Assembly: GCA_965645245.1 (NCBI GenBank)
Contig: OZ287070.1
Coordinates: 2,666,001-2,730,000, forward strand
Length of the DNA stretch: 64,000 nt
Origin: Massalongia carnosa
Lineage: Eukaryota
Direction: 5' to 3'
The notes under the pieces: model-generated
What the model was told of the DNA's origin: nothing
Seen by the model: the letters and a program-made list of their open reading frames with translations, nothing else
Databases searched by the model: none
Position numbers and translations under genes: made by a program
Shown here: positions 1 to 11,043 of the stretch, one piece after another
How positions within the stretch are numbered: the stretch's first letter is position 1
Layout: every line of letters begins with the position of its first letter

Positions 1-2180
1 AAATCGACAACCAACTGAGGGACGCTCCATCACCCCCTACGAGTCTCACACCGGCAGCCCACCAGAACTAGGACATCTAAGGATAATAGGACAGACTGGC
101 TATGCGCAAAATCGCAAGCCCTCCACTGGATGGAAGAAATTTCAGGAACGAGCCACCAAATGTACTTTAGTAGGATACGAAGGCGATCACATCTATCGAA
201 TGATAAATGCACGGGGCGCGGTCATGCGTTATTCCAATGTTCAGTGGATAGATAACAATCCCCCAACTCCTCCTTCCTTATAATTCTCTCAAACTAAAAG
301 AGCCCTACATGTTGGACAGTCAGGACCACCCACAAGAAAGCAAAAAATTACCCATCATACGGACGCCCCTCATACGGACTTAGTCGACGCTCATGAATCC
401 ATAGAATCAATTCCCACTGGACCTCTCCCATCAAACGCTGGACAAGATGCATTGGCAAACCAACTGCCCATTGAGCCTCGGTCCCAGACAGATATTCTCT
501 CTAAGCACCCAAAACTTCGTGCCCCCTCGCCTGAACCACTAGCTCTTTTGGCTCTTCTTGCTCGAGCCAATGACCCAGAGCCATACGAGCCTAAAACCTA
601 TAAGCAGGCCGTAGATAGTTGTGAGGAAAAGGATTGGCGAAGGGCAATGCAGGAAGAAATTGACTCTATCAACGAAAATGATACCTGGATCCTCACCTCC
701 CTGCCCCCGGACCGCAAAGCCCTGCGAGGCAAATGGGTTTATAAAATCAAACGAGGCCCGGCTGGCGAGATTCTTCGTTACAAGGCTCGATGGGTAGTCA
801 GAGGCTTTGAGCAACGTGAAGGCATTGACTACAATGAGACTTTTGCTTCAGTAGTGAAGCCAATGAGCTATAAAGCCATCTTCGCTATCGCTGCAGCCAA
901 TGACTTGGGAAATTCACCAAATGGACGTAAAAACAGCCTTCTTTTACTGAAGGGTGGACGAGGAAATCTACGTGGAGCAACCAACCGGTCTGGATGACGG
1001 GTCAACGAGAGTTTGCAAGTTGAAGAAAGCTTTTTATGGCCTGAAACAGTCGTCTATAATCTGGTATGAAACGATCACTACTTTTTTCAAGTCTCATGAA
1101 TTCGTTCCAGTCAACGCCGACCTTAGCGTTTTCGTTAAAGAAGGGGTTATCGTAGCCATTTACGTCGATGATTTAATCATCACTGGCTCTTCTTCTTCCG
1201 AGATACAACGTGTCAAGAAACTGCTGAGCGACGAGTTCTCGATGGTTGATTTAGGCCCTATCAATTACTACCTGGGCATGACGATAACTCGGGATCGGGC
1301 TAATAGGATTCTTCGCCTTGGTCAGCAGGCCTATCTGGAAAAAGTACTACGCGACCATGGCATGTGGGACACTAACCCCGTAGCTACCCCGATGGATGGG
1401 CGACTGGAGGCTGCACCAGAGGGCCATCAGGCCACAGATGACTCTCGCCTCCGCTACCAATCAGCGGTGGGCTCTCTCATGTATGCTATGCTAGGCACTA
1501 GGCCTGACTTAGCCTACGCCGTATCGGTGGTCAGCCGCTATGCCTCGAACCCGACCGATACGCACTGGAAGGCAGTCAAACGCATCTTTCGATACATCAA
1601 GGGCACTCTACCATTGCAGTTAACATACAAAGGTCACTTACAACCCTTGAACGGTTACACTGACGCGGATTGGGCCGGAGATCATCATACCCGAAGGTCT
1701 ACCTCTGGCTTCGTGTTTAATGTGGGTAGTGGCGCTATTAGCTGGTCTTCCAAACGACAACCGACCGTAGCCCTATCTTCATGCGAAGCCGAGTACATGG
1801 GTCAGACTCAAGCCACCAAGGAAGCCGTCTGGTTGTCTAGTCTTCTCGAGCAACTTTCAGCACCTCACGTCCCTGGGAATCACTCTCTCCAAACCCAGAG
1901 CACCTCTGTAGCCCTTGCCTGCTTGCCTACATCTTTCGCCCTAAATGCTATCATCATTCACTGCGACAATCAAGGAGCAATGGCTTTGGCCAAAAATCCC
2001 CAGGCACACGCGCGGAGCAAGCATATTGACATCCAATGGCACTACCAAAGAGAGAAGATCGAAGACAAATCAGTGGAATTTCGCTATGTTCCTACCGAAG
2101 AGCAGGTAGCTGACGGCCTAACCAAGGCCCTACCAAAGGACAAATTTGTTGTCTTTCGAAAGGCTTTAGGCTTAGAGTAA
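1..2180 (+). pseudogene. Ty1/Copia pol 3' part (integrase tail, RT, RNase H), frameshifted
   Basis: Copia RT motifs KWVYKIK, YKARWVVRGFEQ, YGLKQS, IYVDD; RNase H motifs YTDADWAG, SSCEAEY, HCDNQGA, ADGLTK. Frame break and stop near 905-950. Confidence 0.95.
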
Positions 2181-2608
2181 ACCAGAAGCCTTTTATCGTA
2201 AAAAATCCGACCTTAACCCCCCCAAAAAAGAAAGTATCACCCACAGCTGAGCCTGTGGGGGTGTTTTCGTACATCGCCAGCAGCATTAGCCTGCGGAGTA
2301 CACTGACTCACCTGCAGGTGATCCACTGGGAAGCATGATATTATACTGGAGTATGTGGGAGTTATTGAATTTCTCTTTTTCATGTAGGAGTGCTATTTCA
2401 GTGCCTGAGTGGGAGTGTTAGAATGTACAAATCAGGCTACTTGATTTCAGCCGCACTCACCTTCTACCGCACGAGTATACGCACGCTAATGGCTAGACGT
2501 ATCGCTAGTCTAATACTAGGATACCGTACATTGTCTATAAATCTAGCTATTCCCACTATATAGAACAAAAGCAAGCGTTCTATCCTCTATCTACTATACT
2601 ACCTTTTG

Positions 2609-3146
2609 ATAAAGTACCCGTACGAGCTGTTTTAGACTGATTCTTGTGTTATTTAGGGCCTTAATTCTTTACGACGCCGCAGTCGCCGTTGCCGCCGTGC
2701 AGCAGAATCCCGTCCTCATTGTAGGACAACAGCAGCTGGCCTCCTTCGTACATAGCCCGCAAGGACGAGCGATTCTAGCCTTACCAGGGCAGAACGTGGA
2801 GTTCGTACGCGACAGTATAACTCCCGCTCAAATAGGATCGCATCGTCCCTCGTATCTCAATGGCGTTCTCATTCAATCTCGTGGAACAACGCTGGAGCAA
2901 CCGTGTCTCGCTTGTCACAGCGTGTTTCCGGGCCTTCGTCCGTTTCCGAAGTGTCGCCGGGTGGCCGGACACTTCGGCGGAGCATGCGCCAATTGCAAAT
3001 GGCGCGATCATGCCAGTCGCTGCTCCGTACGAGGGGATGAGGATGATGATGTCGTTGTGATTGGCCAGCGCCGTTTGAAGCCTTCTTCAGGGAATCATGT
3101 TGTTAATGATGACGGAACGACTCCAGAAACTGCCATTGTTCTTTAA
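2609..3146 (+). CDS. DUF3716-like Cys-rich protein inside the LTR (start codon possibly mutated)
   Basis: Pattern IQSRG..PCLAC..PFPKC..FGGACANCKW..C. Candidate intron 2614-2656 (GT..CTGAT..TTTAG) would give (M)KALILYD if ATA at 2609 was once ATG. Confidence 0.65.
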
Positions 3147-3540
3147 TAAAGTGAGTATGAAGATTTTTCTTTAAAGTCACAGCACAAGCACAAGCACTAC
3201 TTAATCGTACGGGATGTGTACGATACCTGAACAAGACTTGCACTTCTACGCAGTGTTCAGGACGAGTAACTCTTGTATGAAGAGTGAAACCAAGCAAGTC
3301 AATTAATTAGAATAAACATCGAGAGTGTAATATAATAGGGGTTTTCACGGTTGATTTTCAAATTTCAGGTTTTCAGGGTTTTATTTTTCAGGTTATCAGG
3401 GTTTGGCGTTTAGGCATGAGTGCCCCGAAATTATTAGAAAATTTTAATTCTAATGCTTAGTCATTCAATCAGACGTTACCAACCTCTTTTCTAACTTCTC
3501 ATCTTCGATCGAGGGGACATTCTTGTCATTTTAAATAGTT

Positions 3541-4749
3541 ATGCCTCGTGTCAGCTGCAAAGTGCAGCTAGAAAGAGATTTACGTTGTCTTTACTTTCTA
3601 CATGATACTACTGCATCATCATAGGATGAATCGGATGAAGCATTGAATTTCCTACTTCTAGCAGAAGGAATTCAAGAACAGCGTTATTTAACTCCCCGAT
3701 TATTCGTTCCCAAATCCAATTGGGCGTCAGCTGTCCTTCCCAACCTTTCGGATGATCGATTCCGAAGTCTGCTACGCATGAATCGCTTTTCCTTTGATCA
3801 TGTTCTCGGCTTAATTCGAAATGATCCCGTCTTTTTCAATAAATCTCGTGTCCCTCAAGCCTCCGTGGAACATCAGTTAAAATACGCTCTTTTTAGAATG
3901 GGACATGACGATAGTGCCAGTGGATTCCTTCCTACAGCTACCATGTGGGGGATATCAGAAGGGCATGTTTTTAACTGCACCAAACGGGTGATAGAAGCAC
4001 TGTGTCGGCTAAAGAATGACTTCGTTTAATGGCCCAGTGAAAGAGCTAGGATAAGAGAAAATTTGACCAATAATCAGAGACAAGATGGATTTATCGGGGT
4101 CGTTGGCAAGATGGATGGTACCGACGTTGTTCTACATACAAAACCAGGTGGTAAATACGAAGGCGAGCTATTTTTCAACAGAAAAAAGAGATACGCGATG
4201 GATTTGTATGCCGTATGTGACTCGAATAAAAGGTTTATTTACTTTCTCAGTGGATGGCCAAATTCTCAGCATGATCAGCGTATATTCGCCGCAGGTGATT
4301 TGTGGCGGAATCCCGCCTTTTATTTCTCTCCCGGTCAATATCTATTGGGTGACAGTGCCTATACGAATTCCACGTATCTGGTGACTCCATACAAGGCACC
4401 GCATACTAGAGATCCGGATATTCGTCGATTCAACAAAAGACTGTCGCGAATTCGTATAGACATAGAACATGCATTTGGAATTCTGAAAAGAAGATAGAAA
4501 AGTCTGACCGGGCTGAGAATTCGAGTCTGGAACAAGAAAAGCTATACCTACGTCATTAAATGGATAACTGCATGTGTGGTGCTTCATAACATTCTTCAAG
4601 ACATTCGAGATGAATGGAATGAAGAAGAAGGATGGTGGACAGAGGAAGAAGAGGCACATGACGAAGAATCGAAACAGCTAATCAGCAGTCAAATGACTGA
4701 AGGTCTGATCACAAGAGATCAGGTTAAACGATTGGTCATCGGCTGTTAA
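3541..4749 (+). pseudogene. Harbinger-type DDE transposase with in-frame stops
   Basis: FRSLLRM, GKMDGT, GWPNSQHDQRIF, YLLGDSAY, RIDIEHAFGILKRR motifs; in-frame stops near 3622, 4027 and 4495. Confidence 0.92.
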
Positions 4750-5118
4750 GATGATTAGTGATTGATCTCATACAACCCTAGTTGTCATTTTATTTCTTCC
4801 ATTTGAAAGACTAGCATTCATTTGATTTGATGTCGTCTGATTTCCTAGTCTTAATTGGTCGCTCCTCCCTTCTTATTACCGCCCCCTCCTCTCCTGTTGG
4901 GGCTGGTTCTGAGAATTTCTATTGACTAGGTTTTCCTACAAAATTTCTAGATGAAGTTTCGAAGCTTCGTGGGTGGGAGGCTATTTATCCCCTTTCCCCG
5001 TGACCGAGTTCTAGCCCTATTAGCTTTAGGAGTCTCGGTCCTATCCGTAATTGCCCATTTTAAAGTTGAATCCTGATTCTGTCCTGTCCTTGAACTTACC
5101 TGAGGTTCATTGAACTTA

Positions 5119-5559
5119 TGTCAAGGACTGGGTTGGGAATTGAACTAATGTTCCTAGGAATTGGATTGGATGATCAAGATGTCTTTATTAATGAGGCTAT
5201 AGCTAGGAGGTGGTTTGCTATACAAAACGTCGGACGAGGAGTCAACTATCTACTGGATATGTCCTCTTTTTATACCTGAGCCAGCCCCTTCTTTCTCATG
5301 TTTTACCTTCACCCTAGATGAGAGATTTTGGTGATGGTGGCGGCGATAAGGTGGAGCGATAAGTGGACCAGTGGATGTGATCGTTCTAGCGATAAGAGGG
5401 TATAGTGGAGTGAGGAGATTGGTGGAGTGGAGTAAGAGGTTTATTCAGACTCATACCGAGGATGAATCTGAATAGGCTTTCAGGTGGCTTTTACCTCGAT
5501 CGCCGCTTGGCGGTTCGGGGTAATCAATTAGGTTTTAACTCAAACTTTATTTCATGACA
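5119..5559. repeat. Solo LTR with 5-bp TSD
   Basis: TGTCAAGG...TTCATGACA with ACTTA on both sides; homologous in reverse orientation to 48186-48633. Confidence 0.88.
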
Positions 5560-5905
5560 ACTTACCTCATTAGCTTCATTTCTCAGGTTGGGCCCTGACA
5601 CCGCTAAATCCTTTGAAAGGGGGCATGTAGCTTGTTTGAGAAAATGGGGGTTCTGATATCAAGAGAGGAATACTGGTATCAAGAGGGGGGTTTACTGGTA
5701 TAAAGAGGGGGGTACTGGTATTAAAACGGGGGTGTTGATAGTAATTCCCTTCTTATTATCCCACCCTTTCTTATTTACCCCCTCCGTCATCCTTTTCTAT
5801 TCACCTCCTCTCCCCTTTCTAATCATTCTTTATCTTCCTTCCTGATTAAGAAGTAGGCATCTTTAAAAAAAGGTTGGCTAGTTCGAAATCGAAGTTTAAA
5901 TCAAC

Positions 5906-6949
5906 TTACCACTTCTTTGGAGTCTTCTCCAACTCAATTTGTAGCCTCATCATCTTTTCCTCGTGTTGCATTCTACTTATGGCAATCATTTCTTCCTGTT
6001 TGAGACAAATCTCTTTATGATGTTGATCTCTTTGGCTGGTTTCAGCATCAAACCGCTTTTGAAGTTGAATTTGTTCGAATTCAAAGTGTTTACTGAAGTC
6101 ATTGGACTTCATGATCTGCACCTCAACCAAGGCGTCTGCCACGGATCGGACTTTTTCCCGTCTGAATCTTCGTTTAGTATTGACTTTTGATCGCGTGTCA
6201 TCACTGTCCGAATCTATCTCCAAAGGTCGTTTACGATGGCCACGACCAGGTGTAGGTGTAATTTGTTCAGTACCAGAGTCAGGTGTGACTTTTTTATTCC
6301 TGAGTGCATACTTTTCTTTGGCACGTTTAACCAAATCAGTCTTTGATTTTGAGATATCATCTTCTAGCCAATGACCAGCATCAGATAACTGCCTATTCAT
6401 GTCGCTATCACCGTCTCGAGCCCGTTTTTCATAGTCCTCCTCATCGATGTTTTCAACTTCCGTATCTTCCGCATCTTCTTTTCCTTCAGCGGTACCAGGT
6501 CTTTCGGACTCCATTATGTAGGGTGGAGTGATAGTGGGAAGATCTCCCATAATCTCTTCCAACTCGTAGTAGAAAGGGCATTTCTTAATCAAGACCTCCT
6601 TGATGGTTATTCCCCGCGTGTTTTCCGCCACTACCTCATGTTTTGTTGGATCTACCCCCCATCCCGTCTGATCCGCGAGGGCCCTAGTTTCTTTGAAAGA
6701 TTTAATCATTTGGGCGACTTTATCTCTGGCTTTTTCCTTGGATACATCGGGTCGTTGAGCACTCAGTCCAGACTCCAACAGCATTCTTCTACAAGCTTCT
6801 ACCTTGTTTCCTTTTTGATAGAGATAGAGATTGACGGAAATACCCTGATCGTCTCTGATACAAAGCCATTGAATGACTAGTTCAGTGTCTTCATCTTTCC
6901 AACGGATATTGGGACCTCGAGATCGAGTTGGAAGAGTGATGGACGTCAT
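5906..6949 (-). CDS. Harbinger accessory Myb/SANT-like DNA-binding protein (ORF2), 347 aa
   Basis: N-terminal RWKDEDTELVIQWL, KKCPFYYELEEIM and a C-terminal coiled-coil; lies inside the TIRs, convergent with the transposase. Confidence 0.8.
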   Translation of the reverse strand: MTSITLPTRSRGPNIRWKDEDTELVIQWLCIRDDQGISVNLYLYQKGNKVEACRRMLLESGLSAQRPDVSKEKARDKVAQMIKSFKETRALADQTGWGVDPTKHEVVAENTRGITIKEVLIKKCPFYYELEEIMGDLPTITPPYIMESERPGTAEGKEDAEDTEVENIDEEDYEKRARDGDSDMNRQLSDAGHWLEDDISKSKTDLVKRAKEKYALRNKKVTPDSGTEQITPTPGRGHRKRPLEIDSDSDDTRSKVNTKRRFRREKVRSVADALVEVQIMKSNDFSKHFEFEQIQLQKRFDAETSQRDQHHKEICLKQEEMIAISRMQHEEKMMRLQIELEKTPKKW

Positions 6950-7030
6950 GTTTAATGATTAGGAATGATCAAGATGAGATGATAATAATTGAGTTAAAAT
7001 AAACCAGCTAATATAACCTAAATAACTTGA

Positions 7031-7135
7031 CTCAGCCCTACTTTTCGAAAATTAAACCTGAAAACCTGAAATTCCGGTCTCATGAGTCCGGAATTTCAGG
7101 TTTTCAGGTTTTAATTTTCGAAAAGTAGGGCTGAG
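7031..7135. repeat. Near-perfect 105-bp palindrome
   Basis: CTCAGCCCTACTTTTCGAAAATT..CCGG / CCGG..AATTTTCGAAAAGTAGGGCTGAG centred on CTCATGAG; one mismatch and one 1-nt indel. Confidence 0.95.
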
Positions 7136-8881
7136 AATTTATACCTAAATAGGTTTAATGTGCTTACATAAAAAACCTGAAACCCTGAAAACCTGAAAAC
7201 CCGGCCAAAAAAACTCAACCGTGAAAACCCCTAATATGAGATTCTAATAATGAAACGTACGGGTGAATAACGCAAGCTCGTGTTGTGACAGTGAATATCA
7301 TCATGCGCAGTCTTCAAGCTCAGTTCTTTTTTTCTCCTTTCTTTCTTTCATCATTGTTCTCATCACTATGTCTTCCGGTATGTGATATCATTTATCTATC
7401 TAACAGTAAGAGACTCGTACGAACTGATATATTATGTTCAGTGTCGTCTTTGCCTTCTGCAAAACCTGTACAGTTTGTCTGCCCGGCCCTTCCCCCCTTC
7501 CTTTCTTTGAGCTCAGTCCGACCGATCAAGAAAAAACCGTCCAGTGGATCAATTCCTAGCCTAGAACAACTCAACTCGCCTTATTTAGTAGAATTATCGT
7601 TATCTTCATCCTCTGCCAGTGGTGTTGTACTATTCGAATCCAAAGCAGTATCTGTTGAGTTAAATCAGAAAAGATAAGAGTTATTCAGTTTGACGTACCA
7701 GTCTGCGTCTATATTCATCAAAATCTTATCAACCTGGAACCAGAAACTTCCTTCTTTCTTTTCCATCTGCTCAAGAACAACATAACTCTATCATTCATTG
7801 ATATTAGCTTTTGCAATAAACAAGATGCAAGACAACAATATGAAGGGAAGCCTACCCAACAAGCTGCTGCTTTCTACAAAGACATATCATTGTCCACATG
7901 TTTGGTCTCCGAGTCCACTTCTGACCTTAGGCATTCGGCAAAATCCGCAAGAGGTTTATCGACAACATCTTGACACTTGAGGAGTCGTTCCTTTAGTTTA
8001 GCCTTTTCCTCTATGCAGACTTTCCCCACTAAAGCGACAGCATTGTCTAGAAGTATTAGGTCGGAAGGAAAATGACCTCGTAATGAGGTCTTAACGATAG
8101 TATTAGCTATGGAATACCAAACGAGCCTAACGATAACGTACTAATACTTGCTTGGGATCGCTCCATGTGATTTCTTTGTATCGTTCCAAAGTTAAGCGTC
8201 GGCGTATTATGGGTCTGATTATCTGCAAACATGAGCCACAAGTATTATGCTGAAAGATTACACAAACCGCCCGTAGCTCTGTGGCATATTTTGTAGATTT
8301 GGCTTCCTTTTTAATCCGTGTGATCTCCTTCCTATTTTGCAACTGAAGCTTGTATATAGATGCTAGTTGGTACCCCGTGGAACTCTAATATGTATCATTA
8401 AAAAGCATGTTCTAAATACAACATGAGACATTGACGTGTGCGATTACATACATATTAAGAGAGGGAACAAGTTCATGCCATACCTTGATAAAAGTTTCGA
8501 CAAGGTCGTGATCCAAAGGATCTTCCCGTTGAATCGATCGAAAGATAGCGGCTTGCTCTGATGTAAATACAGGACCTTGCGTAGCAAGCGGTAATCGCGT
8601 AGAGTCGGTTGCTGATCGAGGATGCGGGTTATTTGAAGACGACGATGATGGCGCATTGCCCAGAGAAGTGCCTTTAACAATTTATTTAGAATGGTAAATT
8701 ACTTATATCAACATGGAAATGATTCTTGCCAGGGCTAGGTCCCATGCGGATGTACCGGTCTCCAAAGAAGCCGAAGGGTCTCCATTTCGCATTGAAGGTG
8801 CCGTATTTGAAAGCTCTAGATTGTTCAAGCCAGCATGATTCTAAATATTCAAAGATCAATATATGATAATGGCTGAACAAA

Positions 8882-9100
8882 CCGTTAGGTCATGTTATGA
8901 TTTCCTATCGCATCAGAAACACCACCTGCTTGGCATCTGCACCGGCCACATGTAATATTATTTATATCATATCGTAGAAGCATAGTCTGTACGGAATAAG
9001 AGACAGGGACATGCATGGGCGCAAATTGCCAGTGTAGATACCAAGCAGGTGAGAGCCAGATGTTTTTGATGCGGAAGGCAATTACGATATGACCTGGTCG
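8882..9100. repeat. Imperfect foldback / MITE-like inverted repeat
   Basis: AGGTCAT..CGCATCAGAAACA..CACCTGCTTGGCATCTGCAC pairs with GTGTAGATACCAAGCAGGTG..TGTTTTTGATGCG..ATGACCT. Confidence 0.65.
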
Positions 9101-9404
9101 GAATAGATCTTACTGCTTTTCGCTTATGAATATTGGGAGGAGACATTGTTGATTGAGTGTAAAGATAGAAACAAATGATGAAAGAGATGGAAGATAGAAG
9201 AGGTTGTGAAGAGGGAAGAGGTTGCGAGAGATGGAAGGATGAGAAAGCAAGGAGAATATTTTCTTCAAGACAGGATCTGGGAAATTAAAAGAAAATTAAC
9301 AAACAAAACAATAGCGCGTTCTGGCTTGTCAATGTTTGCTTACTAACCTCTCGTAAGGGGAGAGGAAGGAGGAGATAAATATTATTGACTTATGTAAACT
9401 CAAT

Positions 9405-9610
9405 TTGGGTAATCATTACCCAAGGTGACGGTGCTGTAACGTTGGGTAATATGGGATGTTAAACCTAAAGTTGGGTAACCATTACCCACATCATTACCCA
9501 AGGCGACGGTGCTGTAACGTTGGGTAATATTGGACGTTAAAATTAAAGTTGGGTAATTATTACCCACATCATTACCCAAGGTGACCCGTGCTGTAATGTT
9601 GAGTAATATG
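9405..9610. repeat. ~78-bp tandem subterminal array (about 2.7 units) of TTGGGTAAT/ATTACCCAA motifs
   Basis: Repeated CATTACCCAAGGYGAC..GTGCTGTAAYGTTGRGTAATAT units are directly visible. Confidence 0.9.
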
Positions 9611-10098
9611 ACACGGATCTGGTAGTGTAGTGGTGATATTGGCAGGCCACCTACCAATTAGTGTGGTCTAATCGGTTAACACTAAAATATGAGAGAATCT
9701 CATTGCTTTATTTAATTGTGTTATAGACGGCCTGTTCCTCCCTTAACGCAACAGTTCTCTCATGTGGCAATCCCTCTTTCGTCGTCTGCGTCTGCGTCAG
9801 AGCCTCTTACAGTTGAGACAACCGTCTCATTGTCTTCTGCAGAAGACCAACGCTGACGTCCAATTGTCTCGAGAGTTAGCGGTAGCGTAGGTTGGCGCTT
9901 TGAGCATAGCAGACAGGATTGAAGAGTATGTTTTAGATCGTACGAAGTCCCATCACTGAGCTATACTGGCTTTATATAATAGAGAGGAAGAAATGGGAAG
10001 ATAAGAAAGCGTGGAATTATAAACGTACGTTCTTGTTCAATCGCAATGTGAGAAATCGCGGCTGAATTTTTGTTATGAGGGTTTGGTACTTAGTTACA

Positions 10099-10711
10099 GT
10101 CCGCCGTAGTAGAGCCCTGCTTCCCCGTTTTGCTTTTGACGATCCCTCAAAGGGCGTTCCAAGGAAGACGACTCCAATCGTTCTCTCTACGCTAGCCATG
10201 TCGGTACCATTGTGCCTTGACAACGCATTGGAGACCCCCTAAGGCTGTGCGAGACGAAAATAATCGGCCGTTCAGCCTGGACATAGACATCCTATTAGCA
10301 TATTTCTGGTGGAAAGGTAGGGGTGCGCCGATTCCTACGGTTTTGGTTTTCTCGCGGAGACCGATTAGGCCCTGGAACATTGTAGTCGCGTGATCATCAA
10401 TAGTCAAATGCTCCGGGATGAATTTCGGTCCAACAAACGGATAGAAGTGAGCAAAGTCCGCATTGTACCCAAAAGAAAGGATGCGAGCTGTTGGGCAGGC
10501 TTGAGGTAAGAGATCTTGCGGCCACAACAACGATCTACCTCGACCCTCCCATGTCCACGTTTTCACTCTGTCGCCGCCGAGCCCGTGGACGAAGACAAAA
10601 CTGTTTGGTCAGTACAAAGCAACCCGGACGAGAAATGACATCTGGTGCGTACTCTATATTTGCCTCTGGAGAATCAAAGAGGGGGTCGCCTAATCCGTAC
10701 GGTTCGGCCAT
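10099..10711 (-). pseudogene. SesB-like alpha/beta hydrolase (lipase fold), frameshifted and 3'-truncated
   Basis: Spliced translation MAEPYGL..DFVFVHGLGG..TWT..WPQDLLP..ARILSFGYNA..RPIIFVSHSL..GVVFLGTPFEGS; two predicted introns; frame break just after the HSL nucleophile elbow; sequence runs into LTR-like DNA at ~10098. Confidence 0.88.
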
Positions 10712-11043
10712 GCTGGCGTTGTCATCGCAATACTACAGAGGAGTCGTGCTTCAAATTTAGCACTATAACTTATGCGAGATAATCGTGATACCGCCTACAT
10801 GGAGAGGCTTCAACACGTGCATAGCCTTGGCTCTATCAGCCATCTATCCCGCATGATGGCGGCCCTCCATCGGCGAGTCCGTGCCTATATTTATACTTAG
10901 AGATGAACAGTGCTTTTGGAAAGTCTTGAGCGTCGAGTTTCCGACCGAGCCAAAGTGCGGTCCTGAGCACGGTAAAGATAATGGTTTTCAGACTTATTCA
11001 ATATAGCTCCGAGCTCTAATGTCTACAATCTTCTGACGCAGTA
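10712..11043. promoter_or_regulatory. 332-bp divergent (probably bidirectional) promoter region between the hydrolase and the NLR
   Basis: Head-to-head ATGs at 10711 (-) and 11044 (+); central CTATATTTATA element near 10885-10895. Confidence 0.5.

Larger units (their letters stand above)
3337..7232 (+). mobile_element. PIF/Harbinger (PHIS, Pangu-like) DNA transposon
   Basis: TIRs AGGGGTTTTCACGGTTGA / TCAACCGTGAAAACCCCT; AAT at 3334-3336 and 7233-7235; subterminal GGTTTTCAG repeats; two convergent ORFs. Confidence 0.9.
2416..7249 (+). repeat. 3' LTR of the first Copia element (~935 bp), interrupted by a Harbinger-type insertion
   Basis: Purine tract GAGTGGGAG then TGTTAGAAT at 2416. The inverted end ATTCTAATA (expected ATTCTAACA) lies at 7241-7249, just after the inserted transposon. 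The 5' LTR is outside the window. Confidence 0.65.
7250..9632. mobile_element. CACTA-like element remnant (right terminus), no recognisable transposase
   Basis: Ends GATCTGGTAGTGTAGTG (reverse complement CACTACACTACCAGATC) after a subterminal repeat array; 7461-7665 is duplicated at 15175-15379. Confidence 0.6.

Noticed and set aside
5655..5735. ~21-bp G-rich repeats (TACTGGTATCAAGAGGGGGG)
   Set aside because: Short degenerate minisatellite in the Harbinger spacer with no evidence of function.
7580..9150. Minus-strand gene remnants inside the CACTA-like element
   Set aside because: Fragments could not be assembled or assigned to a family by eye.
9405..9610. Partly palindromic repeats and an 85-aa ORF (9400-9657)
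   Set aside because: Intervening sequences are also repeated, so not CRISPR; the ORF is just a translation of the subterminal array.
9633..10098. Search for the hydrolase C-terminal amyloid motif; possible solo LTR at 9719-10098
   Set aside because: No matching motif seen on the minus strand. The DNA looks LTR-like but the flanks (AATTG/GTCCG) do not match, so it was not called.
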